From an uncultured Hormoscilla sp. (GTDB taxonomy: Bacteria > Cyanobacteriota > Cyanobacteriia > Cyanobacteriales > Desertifilaceae), in the NCBI GenBank assembly GCA_963921275.4, contig OZ001293.3:1120001-1184000 (forward strand): a stretch of DNA of 64,000 nucleotides, in the 5' to 3' direction. Within the stretch, counting starts at the first letter, position 1; the number at the start of each line of letters is the position of its first letter. Both the position numbers and the translations under genes were made by a program. The notes under the pieces are model-generated. The model worked only from the letters and a program-made list of their open reading frames with translations, was not told where the DNA came from and did not search any database. Below are positions 11,935 to 24,147 of this stretch, piece after piece.

Positions 11935-12255
11935 TTAGTCTCTGACATCCATTGCCAAAGCTTGTGGAACAAGCTGATAGCCCATAGCATGTAGAATCGC
12001 GTTTACATTCTCAAAGAGTGGGTTTTCTTGCTCTGACAATGCTTTTTGTAGTCCTTTCCGGCTAATCCCTGCTGCTTCTGCTGTTGCTGTAACTCCTTTG
12101 ACACGGCTAATCATAAGCAATGCGGACAATAAAGCACCTGTGTCATTGTTCTTTGCATATTCCTCAAAGATAACAGTTATAAAACTGTCAATTTCCTCTG
12201 GATGTTCGCGGTAATATTCCTCTTCAACTTGGTCAAATGTTCTGTATTTACGCAT
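11935..12255 (-). CDS. Addiction module antidote protein (HTH, HI1420-like)
   Basis: KGVTATAEAAGISRKGLQKALS..NP HTH; overlaps the toxin gene. Confidence 0.85.
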   Translation of the reverse strand: MRKYRTFDQVEEEYYREHPEEIDSFITVIFEEYAKNNDTGALLSALLMISRVKGVTATAEAAGISRKGLQKALSEQENPLFENVNAILHAMGYQLVPQALAMDVRD

Positions 12256-12580
12256 AACTTAGATGATCCTTCCAATAAGCTTTCGCCGCTTCAATATCTT
12301 GTGTGTGGCTGCTTTTGTCGCCGCCACACAGCAAAAGCACAATGTTGTCACCCTCTTCCCCGAAATACACACGGTAGCCTGGTCCGAAGAACATTCGTAA
12401 TTCTGAAAGTCCTTCGCCGATGGGTTCACAATCTCCGTAATTTCCCTGCTCTAGCCGTCTTAATCGGGCGCTGCTCCTCTTACGAACATCACGTAAACTA
12501 TTCAGCCAGTTTGTGAATGGCTCGTTTCCATCTGCATCCTGATAAACGGTTAAAGTTTTTGGTTTTACGGGTTTAATCAT
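12248..12580 (-). CDS. Addiction module killer protein (RelE/HigB-like, HI1419-like)
   Basis: GNYGDCEPIGEGLSELRMFFGPGYRVYF...LLLCGGDKS signature. Confidence 0.88.
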   Translation of the reverse strand: MIKPVKPKTLTVYQDADGNEPFTNWLNSLRDVRKRSSARLRRLEQGNYGDCEPIGEGLSELRMFFGPGYRVYFGEEGDNIVLLLCGGDKSSHTQDIEAAKAYWKDHLSYA

Positions 12581-12735
12581 ATCATTCTATCTTATCACAT
12601 GCGTACCTCAGTACGCAAGCTCTTGTTTAGATTAGCACAGATGTCAAGTTTGATGCTTATCCCATTCAAAGGTTATGGGATTGAACTCAATAAAAACAAT
12701 GTTGGGTTGAGGAAACGAAACCCAACCTACGGCGA

Positions 12736-12860
12736 TGGGCGATCGCGTCGAATCATTCTACGATCACCCCTGGCAAGCATCAGAGGCCAGGCAAACACAA
12801 TTGGTGTTCATTGGCCGGGCCCTCGATCAGGTGACAATTGAGCAAGCTTTGTGCTAAAAT
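12736..12860 (+). repeat. Duplicate of the cobW 3' end (copy of ~11414-11539)
   Basis: Near-identical ~125-bp direct repeat including the cobW stop codon. Confidence 0.9.
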
Positions 12861-13199
12861 TGTCCAACCAGAAGGTCTGAAAATTATTCATACCAGCAAG
12901 TTGTTAGGGTCAAGTCAAGCCCACTTGACTTGACAGCTCAGTGCTTGTTATGCTATGATTATCAAATAATAATACAATATCCTACATAAAAATACAATAT
13001 CAAAGGTAAAAAGTCACGAACAGAGTATGGGCAAAACAGTTTGCCCAACCAGAACCGATGGACAAAAGAAACTCAGTTTTTAGGGTCTTGGCAGTATTCT
13101 CTGGATCCTGTAGTTTTCCATAGCGATCCTGGAATTATTCCTCCTGATCGAAGCCAGTGGGCTTCTTGGAATTACACCTGATATGTAACTGGAGAAAAC

Positions 13200-13490
13200 G
13201 ATTATAATTTTTCCTATTATCTAAATAGCGTTCACAACCATAAAACGGAAAAGGATTATTTCCTGACTTTAAACGATAGGAAAACAATCGATAGCAATTT
13301 AATCCTGAGGCAACTCAATTTTACCCATCCGATTTATTCTCTAGATTCTATGAGTTATCAACATCGTCTTTCTGAATTAAATGGAGAAAAAAGAACATAT
13401 TACTGTGGCAGTTATTTTGGCTATGGATTTCACGAAGATGCGGTGAAATCTGGATTGGCAGTTGCTCGCGCTTTTGGCATTGAATTATAA
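13200..13490 (+). pseudogene. C-terminal remnant of an FAD-dependent oxidoreductase
   Basis: Translates to RTYYCGSYFGYGFHEDAVKSGLAVA. Confidence 0.65.
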
Positions 13491-13529
13491 TGATCGCCCC
13501 AATGAATAGCAAGATATGGCGGTCAAAAA

Positions 13530-14460
13530 ATATGCAAGTCCAACAGTCAGAAAAAATAGCACAAATTTGAAGATTACTCTGAGTAAAAAATACGATCCAT
13601 CAGTGATTTATTCATGCGTTAGCCATTAACATCATTCCCGGATTGGGAACGATAGCTGCCATAGGACTTATTTTTAAACAGGGCATTTATACTTGGAAAA
13701 AATTATGTTAACGGTATTTTATATGTTAAATATTATGGGAATTACGGTAGGCTCGTCTATTTGCTCACCGGACATTCCAAACTTCAATAGTAGTTAAAGT
13801 ATGTTTCATTATTTTAGGATCGATGGCTTGTCAAGATCTCTATTGTATTGGGTCAGCAATCACAGACGACATCATCAATATAGCGATCGCCCAGGAGATT
13901 CTCACTCTCCTCATTGTTTTGAAACCAAAAAATTAAATACTATCCAAGGACTATGGCACGCTCAGATAGGCTGGACTTTTACCCATAAAATTACCAATGT
14001 TTTTGTATTCGCTAAAGACTTACTCAAAGACCAGACAATTGTCAAGTTAAATAGTTGGTACTATGTCTGGGTTTTACTAGGCTTGATTATACCAACTCTC
14101 AGAGGAGGTATTATTACGGGAACGAGTTGGGGATTGCTGTCTGTTTTTCTGTGGGGAGGTTGCCTTCGCTTATTCTTATCCTATCATTTCACGCAAAGTA
14201 TTAACTCAATTACTCATCTCTATGGAAGTCATCCTTTCAATACTCATGAATGGAGTACAAACAATATTTTGCTCGCATTACAAACATTAGGAGAAGCATG
14301 GCATAATAACCATCATGCCTTTCCGAATTCTGCAAAATTTGGTTGACAATTTTGGCAAATATATCTAGGGTATTGGGTGATTCGAGCATTAGAACAAGTG
14401 GGCTTGGTTTGGGATGTCAAAGTTCCTAAGAAGGAGGCTATCGCTGCCAAAGAATAATTG
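13530..14460 (+). pseudogene. Acyl-CoA/acyl-lipid (delta-9 type) desaturase, fragmented
   Basis: HRRHH, NSITH and GEAWHNNHHAFP His boxes, with stops and frameshifts. Confidence 0.8.
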
Positions 14461-14463
14461 GAG

Positions 14464-14493
14464 TTGACAAGGTAGATATTCCTCTGTTATAAT
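14464..14493 (+). promoter_or_regulatory. Consensus sigma70-type promoter
   Basis: TTGACA-N18-TATAAT. Confidence 0.45.
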
Positions 14494-14710
14494 GCGAATC
14501 CTATAAAAAACGAAAACGAGAAGAAAAAATGCAGGAAACTCAAGGCAAACTAAGAGGATGTTTGGAAACACGTAGAGGTAAGAAATGTTTCATGCTAGTC
14601 GGCGCAGCATAAGTCGAATCATGGCTATGTAGATAAAGGATTCTGATGAAGCAGGATCGGGTTCATAATCCATGTTGAGACGACGGCACCAATGTAGCCA
14701 GGAGTAAGTG

Positions 14711-15390
14711 GAATGGCACTGACGACGAAGGAGTGAAAAAAAGCTCCAAGGCGTGCTAGATAAGGATTATAGCCCTGAAGCCTAGTAAGCTATTACCCAT
14801 AATCATGCCCAATCGAGCTGATATTCTCAAGTGTCAATTGGCTTCAAAGCAATCGCTTTACCATTCCGACAGGTGCTGCCAGAATCAGACATTCAACAGT
14901 TATGCCGACCCGACCCGGAGCAAGAAAACGTCCCTCGTTCGCCATCGATTGTTTTCGCCGGTGGTTACCCTGTGGATGTTCTTGCTGTGTCCCTTGACAG
15001 GGCTCGGTATGAGATACTATCGGATCATACCTGTCAAGGGACACAGGATGCAGGTCATCGATTCAGCCTCTACTCGCACATTAGCAGTCAGTAAGGTTGT
15101 GGCCTGGTGCAGCGGGAGAGCAGGCCCCCGAGGAGGACACGCTTTACCGAAGGCAAAGCCAGAAAACCTCTACCCGATCGCGTAGCGTGGCGCAGCCATA
15201 CGAGTAGTGGAGCGTATGCACGACCTTACCGTACAAAAGCTAGAAGCTAAAGTTACTGCGAGGGCAGCTTTGCGGGGCGGGGTGCGGTTTACGAGTGTGC
15301 CTGCTAGATGGCTCTTCCGTGATTATGAGCGACACAACGAGCGCAATCTTAAGGCTTATCCTCAACACTCAAATCAACTAAAGGGCAGTA
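14711..15390 (+). mobile_element. Second IS4-family remnant (5' part)
   Basis: Closely similar to 4514-5030; same IR start GAATGGCACTGAC. Confidence 0.75.
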
Positions 15391-15592
15391 TCACTTGACA
15401 TGCGTGATAATATATTATATCACGCTATGTCAAGTGATACTGGGTTGTGGTTTTCGTTTGAGCGCGAATCGTCGTTATGTTTAGCTTGGGTGTGGTCAAA
15501 AGTAGTTGATAGAGTAGAGAATCAATTTTGTCGCCAGGCTCAAAATTGATAATCATTACCATTCTCGTCAGCCAAAAACAATAAAGTATTAC

Positions 15593-15621
15593 TTGACATC
15601 CGCGATCAAATATTATATAAT
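15593..15621 (+). promoter_or_regulatory. Perfect sigma70 consensus promoter
   Basis: TTGACA-N17-TATAAT upstream of the transposase remnant. Confidence 0.5.
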
Positions 15622-15849
15622 AAGAGATCATATGGAGTGGTTGTTTATCGTAATTGAGGAAAGTAGGTAAGTGTAAATGGCAATATATAGTCATAGGTGC
15701 AGAAATCGCTGAAAGCATTTCTGGGAGAGGTTTTCAGCTATCTCGATCCCAATTTACTCCTGCCCTCGTTTAATTGTGAGCGCCTCACGCTCTTGCATTC
15801 TGGAAAGAAATATGGCAGTATTGAAATAGAGAGAAAACTAAATGTCAAC

Positions 15850-17040
15850 ACTGCCATGAAGAAAGACTACACCGATGTCCGATACGGAAGTTTGTGAATT
15901 ATTGTTCAATGCCATTCGCGAACGAGAACCTAATTTAGTGGATAAGGTACAAGGTCTAGACGGGGAATTGTTAAAATTATTGCGGATTATTTGCTTGCAA
16001 CTAATGTTGATGATTTTCACCTACTTAAGTTCTCAGGTAACAGCAGATGGGAAGGAAAAAGGGTATAAAGTTCACCGTCATCTACGAGTAGAATATTTCT
16101 GATATTTGGTCCGATAGAAGTAGAATCACCCTATCTGTGGTGCCGCAAAACGCTCACAAGGGTTACGTCCCGTCAAAGACAAACTAGGTATTACTGATCT
16201 CAGACGTTCTGTAGCTTTAGAAAAAGCCTTAGTAGATTTTGGAGCTTGTCAATCTTATTTGCAAGCGGCTAAGCAATTTGAACAACACTATGGATGGGAG
16301 TATCGATCGTTATCGAATCAGAAGATCGGTCGTCAAAACGGCTCCACAAGCAGAGGAATATGTTGCTCGACGACTATAAAGTTCAAGAGCCGAATATAAT
16401 AAACCTCTTGATTCCAGACCAGGAGAACCACAAATTTTACTTAGGCTTGATGGTAGTCATATTTGTACTGGTATCTTTCAATTAGCTGAAACGAAAGAGT
16501 TAACAAAAAAACGACAACTGCCGAAAAAATAACCGACGACAGAGTAGTGGAACCTGTGAAGTTAGAGTAGGTTTCGCGCGTCCACTTGAAGATAAAGAAA
16601 AACGCCATTTTGTATGTGCAAGAATGAGCAAGTATCCAGAGGTGGTAAATCTATTGGTAAGTGCGGCAATAGATCGAGGTATGTCTTCACTTAGTAAAGT
16701 CTATGCAGTAGGAGATGGTGCTCATGGGCTATGCTCAGCTCAGAACTGCAAAAACAATTTAACAACTTACAATTTATCCTAGATCGTTGCCATCTCAAAC
16801 AACATCTTTATGAAACGGCTGAAGCTCTAGGACTAGAGGGAAGCAAAAAGCATAATTTGGTAAATAAAGAACTCTAATTTATTGATGCCGGGAAAGTACA
16901 ACAACTATTGACAAACTTCAAGAAATATCTGGTTGGTAGTGACGGTTCGGTGGAGTTGACTGCCAAAGGGAAAGATCGTTTAGCCCGTTTGTGTAAGGAT
17001 CTTAAACAATTTGATAATTGCATTAATTATGGGCTACCAA
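15850..17040 (+). pseudogene. ISKra4/UPF0236-like transposase remnant
   Basis: Fragments LEKALVDFGA, DGSHI, EVRVGFAR, VGDGA and FILDRCHLKQHLYE across frames. Confidence 0.65.
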
Positions 17041-17152
17041 CTTAAGCCGGGACAGTAAGTCTGGGTAAGGGATTCGACGGTTGTCTAAAAGATGACTGTC
17101 GTGGCAGAGGGAGTTCACCCATATGGTTTACCACCCACTCAAATAAGTTGGG

Positions 17153-17390
17153 AGACCCAGTCATAGGGGGCAATACTTCGGAATCTATCTCTGTAGATAT
17201 CTCCCGTCAGACTTGGCGGGGTGTTGACAACAGAGAAAGGTCTGGGGCGCACAGTCCCTATATAGGGGCATCTGGTCAAATTGTCGAAGCGACGGGTTGG
17301 ATACAGCATCCCTATGGGATGATCGAGCTAGTTGCCCATCTCGGGCCCATGAGTAGTCCCGGGTTAAAACCGGTTTCCTGCCAGGATTTA
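17153..17390 (+). repeat. C-terminal fragment of a filamentous haemagglutinin-like gene; direct repeat of ~22639-22856
   Basis: IVEATGW motif; near-identical ~220-bp copies. Confidence 0.8.
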
Positions 17391-19669
17391 TCTTCCATGA
17401 TTAATAGAGAAGAATAGCCGATGAAAAAAAATCCTATTACCTTGAAGTTATTGGGTCAGATAGAGGCAACTTTAGCTTTCCAGTTTGGTGCCAACGGTAG
17501 CCCAGTCCAAGCTCAAATAGTACCTGACGCCACCCTGCCAAGTAATTCCCGGGTTACCAGGGATGGCACAAGCTTCACCATTGACGGGGGAACAGTCAGG
17601 GTCCCAACCATTTTCACAGTTTTACTGAATTTTCTGTTCCCACTGGCGCCGAAGCATTCTTCAACAATGCAGAAGGCATTGAGAACATCATTACCCGCGT
17701 TACGGGGGACACAATATCCAATATTGATGGATTAATTCGCGCGGGGGGCGATGCTAACCTGTTTCTCCTTAACCTCAACGGCATTGTTTTTGAATCAAAT
17801 GCCAGACTCGACATCGGTGGTTCGTTTTTTGCCAGTACCGCTGACAGGATGCTGTTTGATGATGGTAGCAGCTTCAGCGCCACAAATCCGGCAAGTAAGC
17901 CATTGCTGACGATTAATGTTCCCATTGGCTTACAATGGAATGGACAGAATCAAGGAACCATTCTAGTAAGAGGCACTGGACAGCATCTCAAGGTTGAAGG
18001 ACGCATAGTTTCACCATCGGTTGTCGGAGCAGGTCAAAGCGACACAGGTCTGCGGGTAAACCCCGGTACGGTAAGACCCTAGCTCTAGTTGGGGGGAATG
18101 TCAGTTTTGATGGTGGGATATTGACAGCACCAGGAGGACGAGTAGAATTAGGTGCTCTCGCCCAAGGAAAGGTTGAGTTCAATCAATTTGACGGCAGTTT
18201 GAACTATGAGGGAGTGGAAAGTTTCGGTGACATCCTACTCGAGAGACAAGCATTAGTTGATGCTAGTGGGGTTGGTGGGAGCGCAATTCAGGTACAAGGA
18301 CGAAGTCTGGAACTCCGGGATGGTTCATTGATTGGTAGTGATAAATATGTAGTGATAGAACATTCCATCCCTCTATTAATCCTTACTTTTCTTAGGAATG
18401 ATATAACAGCTCTTTATCTTAGCCAAATTGATAGCAATGATAAAATATTCTCATGTATAGCCCATCAGAAAAATGCTCTTATGTTATTAGTCAAAAGCGA
18501 GTATAGACTTATGAACACATCATCATCTTTAGGGTCGCGACCCAATTGCCCTTATTGTAATTGTGAGCGAACAGTAAAAAATGGTAGTACTCATAATAAA
18601 AAGCAAAAATATGTAAAAAATCGGCAATAAATTGAAAACCCGACAGCAGGTATCGTCCGAAAAGAAAAAGAATATAGATGAGCTATTACTTGAAAGAATA
18701 GGCAAGTATTGCGCGTCGAGTAAAGCTTTCACAAACCTGGCGTTAATAAAAAATCTGCCGTGAGATAAAGGTTTCAGACAAGCCCAAAGGAAAATTGACT
18801 ATTGAATGTGATGAAATGTGGTCTTGGGAATAAAGAAAACAAACACTTGATACAAAAACAAGAGAAATTGTAGGAGTTGGGCGATCGCAAAAAAATTGTG
18901 GAAATATTTACCTTTATCGACGCATTTTTTTACTTTTTGGGAAGCATATAACACAGTAATACCGAAGTCATAAAGCGGTAGGTAAAGAAACTGGAAAAAC
19001 TAATCATATTGAAAGGTTAAACAACGAGGCAAAGAATTAGTCGCTTGGTTCGGAAAACATTATCATTCTCTAAGAAGAAAATCACGCGATTTGGTATTTT
19101 GTGCATGATTACAGTGCGATTTTTTTTATTGTAAAATGACTTGACACAGGTCCAAAAAAATGGAACACTAGCAGGGTTCCATTAGCCCTGACAACTTTTA
19201 GATGATGGTGGTGAAAGCCCACCCCTCCAGGTGCAGGAGTGACAGCACTCTTCCGACGGTAGCGATGGCATCAATCCGTAAAGCGGGAGAGAAAGGCGCA
19301 ATAACTGGCAGCTTAAACCGGTTACCGTCAAGCAAGTAGTCATGGTGAGCAAAAGCAAAGGCTCATAAGTGTCGTTATACCAAACCAGCGAAAAGGCTGA
19401 TACGCTGGCCCAAAAGGGAAAGGATACAGGTCATTGGCGGTTGTAATTCGACCAATAAGCACTGACAACAAACCCGGCATATAGAGTCCACCTAAAACTA
19501 CGACCAATCATCTAGAGGAACGAAGTAAACCAGGTACATACTCTCAACCACCGGTCGATAGGTTGAGTAGCCACCACAGGCGCAACATCTGCTCTCCGGA
19601 AGGCAGGTTGTATCTGGGAAAGATTTCGAGGAGAAGCCAACGCCTGTCTGTAATGGATAGGATATGCAG

Positions 19670-20612
19670 GTGCGATTCGTTCAGGCGTAAACCGGTGACG
19701 GTGAAAGTCTGGTCTGGTTTCATTTGCTAGACAACTCTGGTTATCATGGGGGTTAAATTCCCTCTCCCCAGGTGTGGGGGGTCGAGGGTACTACCGGTCC
19801 TTAGTGCTGCGGAGTCACATCGCCGTGGTGCTCCGCTAGGACTTAAATGTAGGGTAGCTGGCAGCCTAAGCTAGCAACACCGCGCTTGTTAGATGTTCAT
19901 GGTTAGAACAAGCGAACCTGTGTAAGCCTCGTCACCTATAACCAGCGGAATAAGGCTGATACGCTGGCCCAAAAGGGAAATGGTAGTTAGTGTTGGTAAT
20001 CTGTACTTACTAGCATCGCACTCGAAGAACTCCCGGGGTATAGCAGGAACCTAAAAGCATCGAGAAATGATACCAGGGAACGAAGTAACCTCTTGTGTGC
20101 AGTTCGGCTCAACGGGGCCGAACCAGTTAGATGTACGTCCGCGTAGCGTGCGCGGAGCGCATAGCGCAAGCCACGAGGGGAAGGATGTCCTAAGAAGCAA
20201 ATGCCCGGGGTAATGCCCGTGGATAAGCTGACGTCGGACGGATATGGTAAGAAGCCTTTGGTGAAAGTAGCCCTAATATGTCGCAAAACTTAGGAGAAAT
20301 CCAAAAGTATGAATATGGACTAGAGTCTCAGCCGGGTAAAGTTCAGAGCCCCGATAAATCAGGAATGGGGAAATGTTAGTAAAGAGCGGTTAGACCGGTT
20401 TGCTGAACTACCCTCCGCGAACCTTCCGGAGCTGAAATCATTAACGGTCCAATAGGATTGACCATAAGGGGTAAAATTACAGAGGGTAAGGGGAAACGGG
20501 GTGACCTAATTATTGATGATGATATGCCTAAGGACAAGCCCCAGCGGTGAAAGTCGCAAGTCCGGTTTCGCTCTTGGAGGGTTGGGAAGTGATTCCCAGC
20601 TCGACCCCGACC
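19670..20612 (+). mobile_element. ORF-less group II intron I4 (943 nt) nested in I3 near the DIII/DIV junction
   Basis: GTGCGATTCG...CTCGACCCCGACC. Removal restores GGATATGCAGACGCCCTC, matching sister introns. Confidence 0.92.
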
Positions 20613-20664
20613 ACGCCCTCACGGTAACGTTAATTGTAAAGTTGTAAGTAGCAATACACAGGTC

Positions 20665-22442
20665 ATGAGCACGATTTCCGAATCGATGAATGAATGAAAG
20701 GATACCCCCTGGCCTCGGCTGGAGCGGGTAGTCTTTAAGTTGCAAAAGCGAATTTACAGAGCGGCAATGGAAGGCGTAATAAGCGACCAGTTCGCAGACT
20801 CCAAAGGTTACTGGTAAAATCCCGGGCTGCCAAAAGTCTAGCGGTACGACAGGTAACTCAAGACAACCAGGGAAAGAAGACGGCGGGAGTGGACAGTGTA
20901 AAAGCACTGACCCCAAAGCAACGCTCAGAACTGGTAGGACGGATTGAAATCTCAAACAAGGCCAAACCTACACGTCGTGTATGGATACCAAAGCCGGGGA
21001 GAGAGGAGAAGCGTCCTTTAGGAATACCAACGATGTACGACCGTGCGACACAGGGACTCCTCAAGATTGCGCTCGAACCCGAATGGGAAGCGTACATGGA
21101 AGGGAACTCCTATGGATTCAGACCGGGTCGGGGATGCCACGATGCAATCAAGGCAATATTTAACAGCATCAGATATAAACCCAAGTGGGTATTGGATGCC
21201 GATATTGCAAAATGTTTCGATAAGATTGACCACAAAGCGCTAATAAAAAAATTAAATACAACGTCACCAATCCGTAAGCAGATACGGGCATGGTTAAAAG
21301 CCGGGGTGATAGACAAAGGAGAATGGCATGCAACCGAAGCGGGAACACCCCAAGGGGGAGTCATATCACCACTACTAGCCAACATAGCCCTACATGGACT
21401 AGAGGAGGCAGTAAAGGAACTCGCCAGGACACAAAAAGAAAAGCAAAAGCTGACAGTAGTCAGGTATGCTGATGACTTTGTGGTAATGCATGAAGATAGG
21501 GGAATGATAGACAGAGCGCAGATAGTGGTGGCAGAATGGCTAAAGGGAATAGGGCTAGAATTGAAAGCCGAGAAGACAAAAATAGCTCATACGCTAAAAG
21601 GAGAAAGCCCGGGGTTTGACTTCCTGGGTTTCAAAGTAAGGCAATATGAGATAGGTAAATACAGAACCGGCAAGTCAACCAACGGAACACCCCTAGGATT
21701 CAAAACCCTAATCAAACCCAGTAATAAGTCCATAGGGAAGCATAAAGAACGGCTATCAGAAATGGTGGCCAGCCATAAAGCAGCACCACAAGCAGCCTTA
21801 ATAAGTAAGCTAAACCCGATAATACGGGGATGGTCAAACTATTATAGGACAGTGGTAAGTAAAGAAACATACAGCTACATGGACCACTACCTATGGACCA
21901 TTCTCTGGCAGTGGGCAAAAAGGAGACATCCCAATAAATCCAGTCATTGGATAGCTCGTAAGTACTGGTCCCTGAGTGAGAACGGTAAATGGCGATTCCG
22001 GTGCCAAATAGGAGAGGAAGAAATAACGCTGTACAGACACTCCGAAACTGAGATAATCAGGCACATAAAAGTGAAAGGTACAGCAAGCCCATATGACGGG
22101 AACCTTACATATTGGAGTACGAGATTAGGCAAAAGCCCCGAGCTAAATAAGAGGGTAGCAACGCTACTCAAGAGACAAAAGGGAAAGTGCCAACAATGCG
22201 GATTAACGTTTATGGATGGTGACAAGTGGGAAGTTGACCATATCAAGCCCCTCTCATTAGGGGGTAAAAACCAGTACGACAACCTACAGTTACTACACAA
22301 ACATTGCCACGATATAAAGACTGCCAGCGATGGTAGTCACAGCCGTACCCATGACAAGGGTGGCGTTACTGAGGAGCCGGATGATGCGAAAGTATCAAGT
22401 CCGGTTTTGGAGACGAGTCGGAGGGGTGACCCTCTGGCTTAG
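20665..22442 (+). pseudogene. ltrA: Intron-encoded RT/maturase/HNH with an N-terminal nonsense codon and a +2 frameshift; 20889-22442 is open
   Basis: TGG>TGA at codon 11 relative to the I6 protein; YADD and HNH motifs intact. Confidence 0.85.
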
Positions 22443-22894
22443 TTTAATACAAATGCTTGTCGGGTTAGTTGTGCCATCACTACATGTTTATCACTACCCC
22501 CATTGATATTTCAAGTCTGCTGGGAAGAGATTTCTGTCAAGTGAGTCAAGATAGTTCTTTCGTCATCACCGGACGGGCGGGTTACCTGGGAGTCCTAGGG
22601 ACTATCTTACTGGTAACCTTGTGAGAGTTGGCTTGGTAGACCCAGTCATAGGGGGCAATACTTCTGAATCTACCTCTGTCGATATATCTCGTCAGACTTG
22701 GCTGGGTGTTGACAACAGAGAAAGGTCTGGGGCGCACAGTCCCTATATAGGGGCATCTGGTCAAATTGTCGAAGCGACGGGTTGGATACGGCATCCCGAT
22801 GGGACGATCGAGCTAGTTGCCTATCTCGGGCCATGAGTAGTCCCGGGTTAAAACCTGTTGAGTGCAGCGATCTGAGATAATGCTCAATGTAAAT

Positions 22895-23121
22895 TACAAT
22901 AGTCCGGACCGTTTTGGCTGTACGTAGCTGCAAGCCTTGCGATGCACTCGGGGCGCGCTACTCGCACTACCCCTCGCGCATCGCAGCGTCAGCCTTTGCT
23001 CGATAGAGCAATTTTAGGCAAGTTAGCCCTGGGGCAGACATTGAAAAAAATAAGGCGCTTTTGGTTGCAACCCTTGTGTTGTGGTCGTTCTGAGGGTCTA
23101 AAAACTGTCCGGAGTATTGTA
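22895..23121. mobile_element. MITE-like element
   Basis: Terminal IR TACAATAGTCCGGACCGTTTT / AAAACTGTCCGGAGTATTGTA. Confidence 0.65.
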
Positions 23122-24147
23122 GAATGAAATAGCCCTGCCGATCTGTCCAGTTGATAAACCTCTAGCCATCCCCGATCGGGATCGAAGATAGCATAAGTAG
23201 GAAGAAGCAGGATCTGCTCGTAGTAGTACCATTTTCCTGGGGGATGTTTGGATTGTGCGATGAGTTCTAGCCTAACGTAGTCAAATACGGAACGCTAGCC
23301 TAGGAAACTAGGAACTCTGATATTCATGGGGGTTAAATTCCCTCTCCCCAGGCGCGGGGGTAACCGCGTGAGGTGCTGCGGAGTAACATCACCGTGGTGC
23401 CTCCCGAGGACTTAAATGTAGGATAGCTGACAGCCTAAGTCGGTGACGCCGCGCTTGTTAGATGTCCAAGGTCAGAACAAGCAAATTCATGTAAGCCTCG
23501 TCACATCCAACCAGCGAAATAAGGCTTTATGCGCTGGCCCAAAAGGGAAAGTAGTTAGTATTGGTTATTATCCATGACCAATATCGTGCTCGAAGAACTA
23601 CCGGGGTAAAGTGGAGACCTAAAGGCATCGCGCTTCGGATATCAGGGAACGAAGTAACTACTCGTGTACTGTCCGATCGGACCAGTCAGATGTGAAGCGC
23701 AAGTCACGGGTAGAGAGATGGCCCAAGAAGCAAATGCCTGGAGTAATGTCTAGGATAAGCAGACGTGCGGTGAGGGTGGGTGATAGTAGGAAGTCTCGGG
23801 TAAAAGTAGCTCTAAAACGTTATCAGCCCTTCACTGCGAAGTGATGAGGAATAAATTACTGGTAAAACGGACGTGAAAATGGTGATACTAAAGGTTATCC
23901 GGCAGCGCCACTCACCAACCAGTGAAGGAGCAAAATCGCATGAGACAAGGGACAATGAGAGTAATGTGCGATTCGTTTAGTGTAAACCACCGGCGATAAG
24001 TCGATGGGGGACCACTGGCAGGGTTCCATCAGCCCTGACAACTTCTAGATGATGGTGGTGAAAGTCCACCCCTCCAGGTGCAGGAGTGACAGCACTTACC
24101 CGACGGTAGCGATGGCATCAATCCGTAAAGCGGGTAAGAAAGGCGCA

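Larger units (their letters stand above)
19114..22448 (+). mobile_element. Group II intron I3, ORF-containing, inserted sense in the IS1 transposase
   Basis: GTGCGA start and TTAGTTTAAT end. EBS1 TGTAAT pairs perfectly with exon end ATTACA. Removal restores HDYNKCLSG*. Confidence 0.93.
18334..22498 (+). mobile_element. Degenerate IS1-family element hosting introns I3 and I4
   Basis: 23-bp IR GGTAGTGATAAA(T/C)ATGTAGTGAT. InsA-like CPYC..KNG and InsB-like ECDEMWS, TNHIER and WYFVHDYN remnants. Confidence 0.85.
17421..22880 (+). pseudogene. Filamentous haemagglutinin (TPS) family gene, frameshifted and split by IS1, with the central part missing
   Basis: [31 protein letters not shown] and GGRVELG before the IS. 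FVITGR-GLP and IVEATGW C-terminal motifs follow directly after it. Confidence 0.8.

Noticed and set aside
17153..22856. Repeat pair near RT genes as a diversity-generating retroelement TR/VR
   Set aside because: Differences are not confined to adenines, the RTs are intron-embedded with maturase and HNH domains, and the repeats are haemagglutinin C-termini.
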